Positions 20,210 through 29,538 of a DNA stretch of 64,000 nucleotides are shown in pieces. Origin of the DNA: Candidatus Marinacidobacterales bacterium (lineage in GTDB: Bacteria > Acidobacteriota > Vicinamibacteria > Marinacidobacterales > SMYC01); the NCBI GenBank assembly GCA_965224085.1, contig CBDCYI010000005.1, positions 1,376,001 to 1,440,000 on the forward strand, in the 5' to 3' direction. The notes beneath the pieces are model-generated. The model was not told where the DNA came from, did not search any database, and was given only the letters and a program-made list of their open reading frames with translations. Numbering within the stretch: position 1 is the stretch's first letter; every line of letters starts with the position of its first letter. The position numbers were made by a program, and so were the translations under genes.

Positions 20210-23038
20210 ATGAACCCTAGATGGGTACGCTCAGTCTTGTTCTCGCTGTTGCTCATCGACAGTCTGGCCGGTACCGCGACGGCGCAGTTCGAATCCCGCG
20301 GAAGCGTCTACGGGGTAGTCACGGACCAGGAGGGGTTGGTCCTGCCCGGCGTCACGCTCGCCTTGACCAGTCCTTCGCTCCTCCAGTCCCAGACGACCGT
20401 GAGCAGCAGTCAGGGCAGATACCGCTTCCCCGCTCTCGATCCGGGTGAGTATCGCGTGGAGGCCAGCCTCAGCGGATTCCAGACCGTAACGCGTGAGAAC
20501 CTCCGTGTCACCGGCGGTCTGAACGTCCAGGCAAACATCACGCTGGGGCTCGCCGGGAGGGAGGAAACCGTCACCGTCGTGGGCACCTCGCCGACCATTG
20601 ACTTCAAGCAAAACGACATCCACGCGACCTGGGACGCGACGTTGGTCGAAGAGATCCCGACCGAGCGGAACATCAACTCGCTCATCAACTCGACCCCAGG
20701 AGTCAGCGACAGAACAGCCTACGGCTCGCTCCGCTCCGAGAACACCTGGTTGTTCAACGGCGTGGTGGTGAACGATCCAGCGACCCAGGGCTCGTCCTTC
20801 ATGGCCTATGACGTGGACAGCTTCGAGGAGGTTCAGGTCGTCACCGGCGTCAAATCCGCCGAGATCCGCGGCGCCGGCATCTTCATCGACATCGTGAGCA
20901 AGTCGGGAGGAAACGACTTCAGTGGGGGCGGGTACTTCTACGGCCAGACGGACTCCTTCGCTTCGGACAACGTGAGCGACGAGCAGCGCGCACAGGGCGT
21001 CACCGGAGGCAGCGGGGTGCTGCACGAATACGACGGCGGTGGACAGCTAGGTGGACCCATCCTGCGCGATCGCTTGTGGTTCTTCGCCTCGGTTCGTTTC
21101 CTGGACATAGACCAGAAGGTGATTGGGTTCACGCTTCCCGACGGCTCGGAGGGGAGCCTCCCGAGAACCCGCCAATTTTACACCGTCAAAGCCACCGGGC
21201 AGCTCGGGGACAACCACAAGGCCCAGTTCTTCTGGTCGCGCTCGACGAACCGGACGTGCTGCCGCGGCGCCAACCGGAACACCGCGCCGGAAGCGGTCTG
21301 GAAACAAGACTCCTTCGGAGACGTGCTCCAGGGAACCGTGACTTCCGTTCTCAGCGACAACGTGTTCGCCGACTTTCGCGGCGGCATATTGCTCGGGGAC
21401 TTCCCGCTCGTAGTGAACGAGGAGTTCGCCGGCCCCAACCCGGTGAGACGCATCGAGCTCACCACTGGAAAGATCACCGGAGGACCCCAGCAGATCCGGC
21501 ACCACTTCCGCAGCCGCTACAACCTCAGCGGCGCGCTGACCTGGTTCTTGGAGAACGCCGGTGGAAGCCACGACATTCGCGCCGGCCTCCAGTTCGAGGA
21601 CGGCGGACAGGACGTCTTCCAGGACGTCGTCGGGGATGCCACCCTTCGGTTCGAGGACGGCGTAGCGGCGCAGGCGGAGATCTGGAACAGCCCGACGCAC
21701 TACTACGACAAGCTTCGCGACCTCGCGCTCCATGTCAACGATACCTGGACAATCGGCAACCAGCTGACGCTCAACCTGGGCGTCCGGGTGGCCTTCCAGG
21801 AGTCCTACTGGCCCGCCCAGAGCAACCGGGACGAGTCCCGATCCCCGTTCGTTGATCTCAACCGCACCGGTCTTTTCTTCCCTGATGAGGTCGTGCTGCA
21901 GGAGAACCGGAACATCGTGGATTGGACGAATACCGCTCCGAGATTCGGGGTGACCTTCGACCCGACGGGCGACGGTACGTGGGCGATCCGGGGGAGCTAC
22001 GGGCGCTACTTTGCCGCCCTGGACTCGGACTGGGCCGACGTCGCGAACCCGAACCTCCCGCGACGCTCGAGAGTCGCATGGGAGGACCTCAACGGAGACG
22101 GCTTGGCGACGCCGGATGAGATAGACTCGGAGGGCCTTCTCACGTTCGGTGACTCGTCCGGTTTCGGCGCCTTCGGGGACGAGATCGCGCCCGGCGTGAA
22201 GCAGCCCAACGAAGATCAGTACATGATAGGCGTCGATCGAAAAATCACCGACGATGTGAGCTTCACCGCGACCTTCCAGTACCGGAAGGGTCGGGACGGC
22301 GTGGGGTTCAGCAATCCACTCATTCCCTTCAGCGGCTACACCGAGACGAGCGTCGACAACCCGTTGGGCGCCGGAACCCTGCCGATCTTCAACCTGAACG
22401 ACGAGTTCCGAGGCCAGTTCAAACGAGTGATGGACAACCAGGAACAGGCGACACGCGAGTACAAAGGCATCGAGTTCCGCATCAACAAGCGCTACTCGGA
22501 CAATTGGCAGCTGATGGCGGCACTCACCATCGGTGAGGGGAAAGGCATCGCGACCAACTTCTTCCGGGGATACTGGCAGGACCCGAACCAGCTCACCCAC
22601 CGATTTGGCGCCGACGCCTTCGACTCTAAATATATCGGCCGTGTCGTGGGGACCTATCACTTGCCCGCCGACGTTCGCCTGTCCATGAACTACCGCGGGA
22701 CCTCCGGCCAGCCGAACACCCGTCGGGTGCGCATCAGCGGCCTCACCCAGGGCAGCCAGACGATCAATGCGGAGGTGCCTGGTGAGACCCGATTTCCGGC
22801 GCAGCATCTCCTGGACATCGGGATCGAGAAGTACTTCCGGCTGGGCGAGACCACCCAGATCGGATTCCTCGTCGATTTCTTCAACCTTCTCAACTCTAAC
22901 GCCGTGACCGGCTCCAACACGCTCTTCGGTACGATCCGCTATCCCGCGGCGACGTTCTCACCGAGCAGCTCGTTCGACGAGATCACGGACATCCTCAACC
23001 CGCGGGCCTTGCGATTGGGGGTGCGCGTCCGCTACTGA
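20210..23038 (+). CDS. TonB-dependent receptor with N-terminal carboxypeptidase-regulatory-like domain (Oar-like)
   Basis: AGGAGG RBS; GVVTDQEGLVLPGV...PGEYRVEASLSGF, KSGGNDFSG, GGPILRDRLWFF, C-terminal PRALRLGVRVRY. Confidence 0.92.
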   Translation: MNPRWVRSVLFSLLLIDSLAGTATAQFESRGSVYGVVTDQEGLVLPGVTLALTSPSLLQSQTTVSSSQGRYRFPALDPGEYRVEASLSGFQTVTRENLRVTGGLNVQANITLGLAGREETVTVVGTSPTIDFKQNDIHATWDATLVEEIPTERNINSLINSTPGVSDRTAYGSLRSENTWLFNGVVVNDPATQGSSFMAYDVDSFEEVQVVTGVKSAEIRGAGIFIDIVSKSGGNDFSGGGYFYGQTDSFASDNVSDEQRAQGVTGGSGVLHEYDGGGQLGGPILRDRLWFFASVRFLDIDQKVIGFTLPDGSEGSLPRTRQFYTVKATGQLGDNHKAQFFWSRSTNRTCCRGANRNTAPEAVWKQDSFGDVLQGTVTSVLSDNVFADFRGGILLGDFPLVVNEEFAGPNPVRRIELTTGKITGGPQQIRHHFRSRYNLSGALTWFLENAGGSHDIRAGLQFEDGGQDVFQDVVGDATLRFEDGVAAQAEIWNSPTHYYDKLRDLALHVNDTWTIGNQLTLNLGVRVAFQESYWPAQSNRDESRSPFVDLNRTGLFFPDEVVLQENRNIVDWTNTAPRFGVTFDPTGDGTWAIRGSYGRYFAALDSDWADVANPNLPRRSRVAWEDLNGDGLATPDEIDSEGLLTFGDSSGFGAFGDEIAPGVKQPNEDQYMIGVDRKITDDVSFTATFQYRKGRDGVGFSNPLIPFSGYTETSVDNPLGAGTLPIFNLNDEFRGQFKRVMDNQEQATREYKGIEFRINKRYSDNWQLMAALTIGEGKGIATNFFRGYWQDPNQLTHRFGADAFDSKYIGRVVGTYHLPADVRLSMNYRGTSGQPNTRRVRISGLTQGSQTINAEVPGETRFPAQHLLDIGIEKYFRLGETTQIGFLVDFFNLLNSNAVTGSNTLFGTIRYPAATFSPSSSFDEITDILNPRALRLGVRVRY

Positions 23039-23059
23039 TTCCGTCTGACTGACGTCAAC

Positions 23060-23101
23060 GAAGGGGGTTGGGGCATCTTGGATGTCTCAACCCCCTTCTT
23101 C
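23060..23101 (+). terminator. Intrinsic terminator-like hairpin after the TonB receptor
   Basis: GAAGGGGGTTG...CAACCCCCTTC stem followed by a short T-rich tail. Confidence 0.6.
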
Positions 23102-23171
23102 ACTAGGGGGATAGAATTTCCTTCCCGGCTCGCGAGCCTGGTCGAGCCGGCGATCCGTGGGAGGCGAACCC

Positions 23172-25625
23172 ATGTTGCGGAGATGTCTGCTTTACGTGGT
23201 CGGTTTTGGCCTGGGGCTCGCGTCGGCGAGCGGTCAAACGCTACGTTATCCAACGCTGGGCGGGCAGATCCGCGTGGAGGGTCATCTGCTGCCCGCGGTA
23301 TCGACGGGACCGCTCGACCCCAGCTGGAGCCCCGACGGCGAATGGCTCGCGTTCTCCATGCGCGGTGACATCTGGAAGCTCCCGGCGGAAGGAGGAGAGG
23401 CGGTCGCGCTGACCGAGGCGCCTGGCTATCACTTCGAGCCGGTGTGGAGCCCAGACGGATCCCGCCTGGCCCTCACGGTGGACCTCGACGGCAATCTCGA
23501 TATTGCTCTGGTGCGCGCCGAAGGGGGATCGATCGAACGATTGACGCAGGATCCGCACGTGGATATCCAGCCCGCCTGGAGCCCAGATGGACAGAGCCTT
23601 TACTTCGTCAGCGGCCGGGCAGGGAGCCTGGACATCTACCGTCTCGACCTTGCGAGCGGCGAGAAGATCCCGGTCGTGAGCGGCCAGCGACACGATATTC
23701 AGCCTTCCGTCTCGCCGGACGGGCGGCGCCTCGCCTATATCGCTCCGGTCCAGGGTCGTATGGGAAGCGGCGGCATTTGGGTCAAGCGCTTGCCGGATGG
23801 AGAGCCCGAGCTCTTGCATTACGAGGAGACTAGCTTCCGAGCGAAGCCGACCTGGACACCGAACGGTAGCGCCCTCGTCTACGTTTCGGATGCCGCCGGC
23901 TCGAACGACATTGCCGTCGTTCCCGCGAGCGGTGGCAACTACGTGCGGCTCACGGAGCATCCGATGGATGAGTACGCCCCGGTCGTGAGCCCGGATGGCT
24001 CCCGGATCGCCTTCGTCTCTAACCGAACCGGACCGACACGCCTTCACACGATGGCCGCCGGAGGGGGCGCGGGAGGGGCCTGGAGCCCGGTGCCGATCGA
24101 ATCCCGTCGCCCCCGAGTTGCGCACGGACGGCTGCGGGGCGAGGTGCGCAGAGCGGACGGAGCGGTCACGCCGGGACGGATCCTGCTTCTCGCGAGCGAC
24201 GGGCGGGCCTACGCGCCCGACGAAGGCTTTCATCGGGTGAGCTCGGTGAACGAGATCCACTATTTCCACACGCGGGACGCCTTCGAAGTGGAGCTCCCCG
24301 CCGGCGAGGTGAGCGTCGAGGTCGTGCGCGGCTTCGAGTATCAGCCACGGCCGGTTCGGGTCGACGTCCCCGTGGGAGGCACGGCCGACGTCGTGCTCAC
24401 GCTCGAGCGGCTCGTCGACGCTCCGGCGAGAGGCTGGTTCTCGGGAGACAACCACGTGCACGATCTCCACCAGGGACGATTCGGTCTCACCCAGGAGGAT
24501 TTCTTCTACCAGCTCGTCGCCGACGACCTGCACGTCGCGAATGCTCTCATCCACATGGACGGCACCAAGCTGATGGGACGGTGGAGCGATCTGACCGGGG
24601 AGCCCTTTCGGCTGTCCAATGACGATTACATTCTGTTCTACACCCAGGAGTTCAGGGGCTCCTTCGGCCACGTGGGTCTTCTGGGTGTCCAGCGTTTCAT
24701 CATGCCGCTCATCGGTGGGACGCGGGGGACACCCTACGCCGCGGACGTGTTGAAGGTTCGCTATCTCGACGAGGTGCGCTCTCAGGGTGGTATCGGGGGT
24801 TTTCTCCATCCCTATAACGGCTCGGTGGATACGCCGGAGCAGGCGGCCTCCTCCGACATCCCTCTGCACGTCGCGCTCGGCAAAGGGGATTTCTTCGACG
24901 TCGTCTGTATCGCGTCTGACGAGCTCTCGTCCGCGAAAATGTATTACCGCTTTCTGAACAGCGGCTTCCGCATTCCCGCGACCGGCGGGACGGACAATTT
25001 CAGCAACGTGTGGCGCGACCCGTCCGGCGGAACGGCCCGCACGTACGCGCACCTGGACGGAAAGCTCGGATATCGCGAGTGGCTTTCTGCCGTGAAAGCC
25101 GGGCGCACCTTCGCGACCAACGGCCCACTGCTGTTGTTCGAGGTGGAAGGGAAAGGCCCGGGTGAGGAGATCCGCTTGAAGCCGGGGGATCCCTCTGGTC
25201 TGAGCGTCAAGGCGGAGCTCGTCTCGATTGTACCAATCGACAAGCTCGAGATCCTGGTCAACGGGGAAGTCGTCGAGACCTCGCGACCGAGCGGTGACGG
25301 CACGCGCATGGAGGTTTCCGTCTCGGTCGACGTTCCGGGAAGCGGCTGGGTCGCGGCGCGGGTCATCGGGTCGAAGCACCGCTACGTGGGCGATAACTAT
25401 CCCTTCGCCCAGACCTCTCCGGTCTACGTCGAGCGCGAAGGTGCGCCCTTCGCGTCGGCCGAAGACGCCCGCTTTCTGCTCGAGGTGGTGAACGAGCTGT
25501 GGCGTCGCGTGGAGACCCGGGACGCCTGGCGCAGCGCAACCGAAAAGGAGACTTACCTTCGGGCGGTAGAGGAAGCGCGTTCGGCGTACCAGCGCGCCAT
25601 CGATATTGCAGAGGGTACCCAATAA
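23172..25625 (+). CDS. PD40/TolB-like beta-propeller fused to a CehA/McbA-type (PHP-like) metallohydrolase
   Basis: Repeated PxWSPDG motifs; GWFSGDNHVH, GHVGLLG, ATGGTD, AGRTFATNGP. Confidence 0.88.
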   Translation: MLRRCLLYVVGFGLGLASASGQTLRYPTLGGQIRVEGHLLPAVSTGPLDPSWSPDGEWLAFSMRGDIWKLPAEGGEAVALTEAPGYHFEPVWSPDGSRLALTVDLDGNLDIALVRAEGGSIERLTQDPHVDIQPAWSPDGQSLYFVSGRAGSLDIYRLDLASGEKIPVVSGQRHDIQPSVSPDGRRLAYIAPVQGRMGSGGIWVKRLPDGEPELLHYEETSFRAKPTWTPNGSALVYVSDAAGSNDIAVVPASGGNYVRLTEHPMDEYAPVVSPDGSRIAFVSNRTGPTRLHTMAAGGGAGGAWSPVPIESRRPRVAHGRLRGEVRRADGAVTPGRILLLASDGRAYAPDEGFHRVSSVNEIHYFHTRDAFEVELPAGEVSVEVVRGFEYQPRPVRVDVPVGGTADVVLTLERLVDAPARGWFSGDNHVHDLHQGRFGLTQEDFFYQLVADDLHVANALIHMDGTKLMGRWSDLTGEPFRLSNDDYILFYTQEFRGSFGHVGLLGVQRFIMPLIGGTRGTPYAADVLKVRYLDEVRSQGGIGGFLHPYNGSVDTPEQAASSDIPLHVALGKGDFFDVVCIASDELSSAKMYYRFLNSGFRIPATGGTDNFSNVWRDPSGGTARTYAHLDGKLGYREWLSAVKAGRTFATNGPLLLFEVEGKGPGEEIRLKPGDPSGLSVKAELVSIVPIDKLEILVNGEVVETSRPSGDGTRMEVSVSVDVPGSGWVAARVIGSKHRYVGDNYPFAQTSPVYVEREGAPFASAEDARFLLEVVNELWRRVETRDAWRSATEKETYLRAVEEARSAYQRAIDIAEGTQ

Positions 25626-25674
25626 AGCCTTGTTCGGGGTACTTTCGACTGACACTCCCGGCCGAAGGCATTTT

Positions 25675-27063
25675 TCATGATATGGATTGATCGGGAACGA
25701 GGCTGAAGCCGAGTCGGGTAGCTTTGCGTCGGAGATTACTCAGGAGGCGTTGCTGGTATTGCCTTTCATAGGCGTCCTGACCGAGCTCAATGAACTCCTC
25801 TCCAGTCGCAAGCATGCGGAAGTAGATGGTCGCTATTTTACGGGCGGTAGCTGTGATGGCCTTTGGAGCACCTCGTCGCGATCGGATTCGTCGATAGAAA
25901 GCGCCGAGCGCGGTTTGGGTATTGCGGACAGCGCACGCGGCGAGGCGAAAGAGTTTTGCAGCACGACTGGAGCTCATTGGGGTGGCCCGGCGAAAGATTC
26001 GACCAGCGGACTCCTTATTATTCGGTGCGAGAGCTAGCCATGAGGTGAAGTGCTTGTCACTTTTCCACGGGCTCATGTCGCAACCGGTTTCTCCTACGAG
26101 CTGCAGAACGGCATAGCTACCTAAGCCGGGAACCCTGGTTAGGTCCACCCCCGTGAGTCCCAATAGAGACTCAGCGAGCGGAAAGCGCGGCCCGTTGCCG
26201 CTACGCGCTCGCCGTGTCCGTGGTTTCGGCTTAGGCCGAGCGTCCTGAGGCCGGGTCTCCAATTTGGACAGGCATCTCTCGATCCGCTTGTCACAGTCTT
26301 CCATTTTCTCTTGATAGAAATCGTACAACTCCACCGACTGTTGAAGAGCGAAAACATGCTCGCTCCGATAGTTACCTTCTAAGGCTTTCGCGATCGTGGC
26401 CTCATCGTTGTGGCAACGTTCATGCCTCAGTTTTGCTAGGTCACGAGGATCTCGCTCTCCTCTCAAGATCGCTCGGATGATCGCAAGGCCGGTGACTCCG
26501 GTCACGTCGCGCAGGACGTGTTGTAGCTGGAGCCCCATTTGGTTGAGCGCTTTGTGCATATGCTGAATGTGGCGAGCCGCTGACTCCACCAGCGAGCTTC
26601 GTTGGCGGGTGTATGCCCTTAGCTCGCAAATCGCCGATTCCGGCCGAAAGGTTTTTGGGAGTAGCCCGAATGTATGCAGCTGTTGCAGCCACTCCGCATC
26701 CGACACGTCTGACTTGCGCCCAGATACGTTTTTCACTTTGCGAGCATCGACCAGATAGACTTCAAATCCCTCGTCTTCCAACAACTCGTACAGTGGAATC
26801 CAATAAACTCCGGTCGACTCCATCGCCACCGTGCACACGCCGCACGCCTTCAGCCAATTGGCCAGCTCTCGCAGCGAGCATACAAAGCTCTGAAACGTGC
26901 GGACATGTTCGCCCTCAGGAGTGCGCCCCTTCGGGACTGCCGCCACGATTGACTCCGCTCCAATATCAATCCCTGCAGCATCTAGATTTACCGTGTCGAG
27001 CTCGTGCTCCAATTTTTTCCGTCTTGCTTGACGACTGCTTTTTGTCCTGACGCGACGTGCCAT
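25675..27063 (-). CDS. IS110 DEDD recombinase/transposase
   Basis: AGIDIG (D), AMESTGVYW (E), KSDVSDA (DD), LAPNNKESAG (Ser loop), KAITATARKIA; ATG after AAGGAG. Confidence 0.96.
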   Translation of the reverse strand: MARRVRTKSSRQARRKKLEHELDTVNLDAAGIDIGAESIVAAVPKGRTPEGEHVRTFQSFVCSLRELANWLKACGVCTVAMESTGVYWIPLYELLEDEGFEVYLVDARKVKNVSGRKSDVSDAEWLQQLHTFGLLPKTFRPESAICELRAYTRQRSSLVESAARHIQHMHKALNQMGLQLQHVLRDVTGVTGLAIIRAILRGERDPRDLAKLRHERCHNDEATIAKALEGNYRSEHVFALQQSVELYDFYQEKMEDCDKRIERCLSKLETRPQDARPKPKPRTRRARSGNGPRFPLAESLLGLTGVDLTRVPGLGSYAVLQLVGETGCDMSPWKSDKHFTSWLALAPNNKESAGRIFRRATPMSSSRAAKLFRLAACAVRNTQTALGAFYRRIRSRRGAPKAITATARKIATIYFRMLATGEEFIELGQDAYERQYQQRLLSNLRRKATRLGFSLVPDQSIS

Positions 27064-27087
27064 TTCTCGCTCCTTTCGGCGCAACCA

Positions 27088-27236
27088 GGAGAGAGGGGCG
27101 ATTCAAAACATTCTTTCGAACGGGGTCATGCCTCGCGACATGCCACCACGGATACTCCCGCTAACCCTCCAGACCTTGCTGTCAAACGGGCACTGAGCAC
27201 CATCGTACCTTCGGCCTTGACTCCCGGCTGCACTCG
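27088..27236 (-). ncRNA. Putative IS110 bridge RNA (boundaries approximate)
   Basis: Two stem/internal-loop modules; loops contain GGUAC and UUUGACAG (target halves) and UCGAAAG (element end); TAGACT -10-like box at 27242-27247. Confidence 0.72.
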
Positions 27237-27348
27237 ATCGGAGTCTACTTCCTCCCACAGATCTCAAAGGGTCAGTCTCCGATTACCTTCGCCCGCCCGG
27301 GCGATGCCATTGCTGTCAAATTGAGCTGGTGACTGACAGAATGGTCCA

Positions 27349-28053
27349 ATGAAGACCGATGCGCCAAGCTACCACGGCTATCGATTTCCACCGGAAATCA
27401 TCAGCCACGCCGTCTGGCTCTACCACCGATTCTGCGTGAGCTTTCGAAACGTCGAAGAGCTGCTTGCTCAGCGAGGCATCACGGTTTCCTACGAAGCGAT
27501 CCGACTTTGGTGCATCAAGTTCGGGCCGGAATACGCTCGGCGACTGAAGCGTCGGCAGGGTCGCCTTGGTGACACGTGGCTCCTGGACGAGGTCTTCATA
27601 AAGATACAAGGCGAACGCCAATACCTCTGGCGCGCGGTAGACCAAGATGGTGATGTGATTGATATCCTCGTCCAGCCTCGCCGTGATCAGAAAGCCGCCA
27701 AACGATTCTTCCGCAAGCTGTTGAAAGGGCAAGGCCGTCCGCCCTGGCAGCTGGTCACCGACAAACTGAGAAGCTACAGCGCCGCTCACCGCGAGGTCAT
27801 GCCGTCCGTCGTCCACGACACTGACCAGTACAGAAACAACCTAGCCGAAGTCTCGCACGAACCGACGCGACAACGGGAACGACAGATGCGGAAGTTTAAA
27901 ACTCCTGGGCAGGCGCAACGATTCTTGACCGTGCATGGACTCGTGCAAAACCTCTTTCGCGTCGGACGGCATTTGTTGCAAGCGCATCATCATCGGGAGC
28001 TACGAGACCGCGCTTTCATCGTCTGGCAGGAGGTAACCTGTGCCGTCCGATGA
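27349..28053 (+). CDS. IS6 family DDE transposase
   Basis: YRFPPEII, WLLDEV, YLWRAVDQDG, LVTDKLRSY, NNLAEVSH. Confidence 0.97.
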   Translation: MKTDAPSYHGYRFPPEIISHAVWLYHRFCVSFRNVEELLAQRGITVSYEAIRLWCIKFGPEYARRLKRRQGRLGDTWLLDEVFIKIQGERQYLWRAVDQDGDVIDILVQPRRDQKAAKRFFRKLLKGQGRPPWQLVTDKLRSYSAAHREVMPSVVHDTDQYRNNLAEVSHEPTRQRERQMRKFKTPGQAQRFLTVHGLVQNLFRVGRHLLQAHHHRELRDRAFIVWQEVTCAVR

Positions 28054-28185
28054 GAGCAAAGGAAATCAGCTCGACGCAATAGGTTCGCTCGCTCAACGTC
28101 AACTTGACAATACCTGCGATAGCGCGATTTTCGAACTGCCCGGCGCGCGCCGTGATGAATAAAGGGAAGGGACGGGGAGAACACC

Positions 28186-29538
28186 CTACTCGGCGAGGTC
28201 GCGAAGCGTTTCGCGAACGGTCTCGAGGCCGAAGGTCTTTCCCAACGGCATGTCCGCGATCGTCGTCATCACGGACGCCGCCAAGTCGGCCTGGTCGTAC
28301 GGGGGTGGGTCCACGAGTTTGCCGTCGCGCCGAGCAGCCGCGACCTGTTCGAGAAATGCCAGATAGGCGTCCGCTTCGTCTTCGAGCTTGTATTGGGACT
28401 CGACGTGCTCGCGGGCGAAGCGGCCCATCGCGTGTCGAAGCTGCGGCTTCTCGTAGAACAGCTGGAGCGTCCGCGCGATCGCCTCGACTTCGGGGGGGCC
28501 GAGATCGATGCGAGCCACGGTGTGCTCGGGAAATTCGACGAACGGGCCCGTGTTCGAGACGAGGACGGGCTTTCCCATGCCGAGCGTCCGGATGAGCGTC
28601 CCCGACAGCTCGCCCGTCGACGGAAAGCGGAGGTTCACGACGACGTCGCAGGCCAAGATGTACAGATAGAACTTATCCATGGGCTGGCGGCCCGTGAGGA
28701 CGAGCTTGTCGCGGAAAGCTGCGGTGTCGGCGATCGTTTCTAGGTCGTAGCTGCTTTGCACTTCGCCGACGACGAGAAAACGCGCATCGGCACCCGTCTC
28801 CAAGAATCGCTTGAAGCCTAAGAGAGCGCGGTCGATGCGCTTCGAGCGCGCCGCGAGTCCGAAGGCCGCGACCAGGAACGCGTCGTCTGGAAGGCCGAGC
28901 ATGCGTCGCGCTTCCAAAGGGGTGTTGACCGGAAGTGGCGGTGGCGGGGCGTAGTGATGTGGGGCGCGGCCGATGAACTTTCCCACCGGTACCGAGCCGA
29001 AACGCTCTTCCAGCCAGCGCTGCATGAATCTCGTCAGGACCAAAACTCCGTAGCTGCGCTCGACCATCCGCTCGCAAAGGGGAAACTTCGACGTCAGGAG
29101 GTCGCTCCCGAGCGCGGCGGCGATCTGACGGCCGAGCGCGGCGCCTCGTTCGCCATAGGCGCGCTTCATCTCGGATACATAGAGCGCCGCGTCCCCGCGC
29201 TCGACCGACAAGCCGAGAAACAAGTGCTGGAGCACCAGGTCATGAAGCACGACCACACCCGGAAAGCGCAGCGCGGCGTTCAGCGCGTAGCGATGAAACG
29301 CGCTATTGCCGATTTGATAGAGATTGAGGTCAAACGCCTCGCGCGCGGCCACCTCTTCGTACTCGCGCGCATAGTGCCACTCGAAGCTCTCTAGGATTTC
29401 GGGGTTGTCAGGCTCGTAGTCTTCGACGAACAAGTGAATGTCGGCGCCGCCGTTCTGGAGGTACGGAAGAAGCTCCTCGCTATAGTCGGCGATGCCCGTC
29501 CCTTTCGGAGAGAGCGGACTCCAGAAGGCGAGCTTCAT
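28186..29538 (-). CDS. Glycosyltransferase family 4
   Basis: SPLSPKGTGIADYS, YQIGNS, VVLHD, VNLRFPSTGELSG, GKPVLVS. Confidence 0.9.
   Translation of the reverse strand: MKLAFWSPLSPKGTGIADYSEELLPYLQNGGADIHLFVEDYEPDNPEILESFEWHYAREYEEVAAREAFDLNLYQIGNSAFHRYALNAALRFPGVVVLHDLVLQHLFLGLSVERGDAALYVSEMKRAYGERGAALGRQIAAALGSDLLTSKFPLCERMVERSYGVLVLTRFMQRWLEERFGSVPVGKFIGRAPHHYAPPPPLPVNTPLEARRMLGLPDDAFLVAAFGLAARSKRIDRALLGFKRFLETGADARFLVVGEVQSSYDLETIADTAAFRDKLVLTGRQPMDKFYLYILACDVVVNLRFPSTGELSGTLIRTLGMGKPVLVSNTGPFVEFPEHTVARIDLGPPEVEAIARTLQLFYEKPQLRHAMGRFAREHVESQYKLEDEADAYLAFLEQVAAARRDGKLVDPPPYDQADLAASVMTTIADMPLGKTFGLETVRETLRDLAE

Larger units (their letters stand above)
25642..27314 (-). mobile_element. IS110-family insertion sequence bounded by a duplicated CT core
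   Basis: Junctions GGTA-CT-ttcgac (25638-25649) and cattg-CT-GTCAAA (27308-27320); no terminal IRs; about 250-bp non-coding end upstream of the recombinase. Confidence 0.92.
25638..28114 (+). mobile_element. IS6-family element copy 1; left IR split by an IS110 (GGTA at 25638-25641, remainder 27313-28114)
   Basis: Removing the IS110 restores an 806-bp element collinear with copy 2; right IR TCAACTTGACAATACC ends at 28114. Confidence 0.93.
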
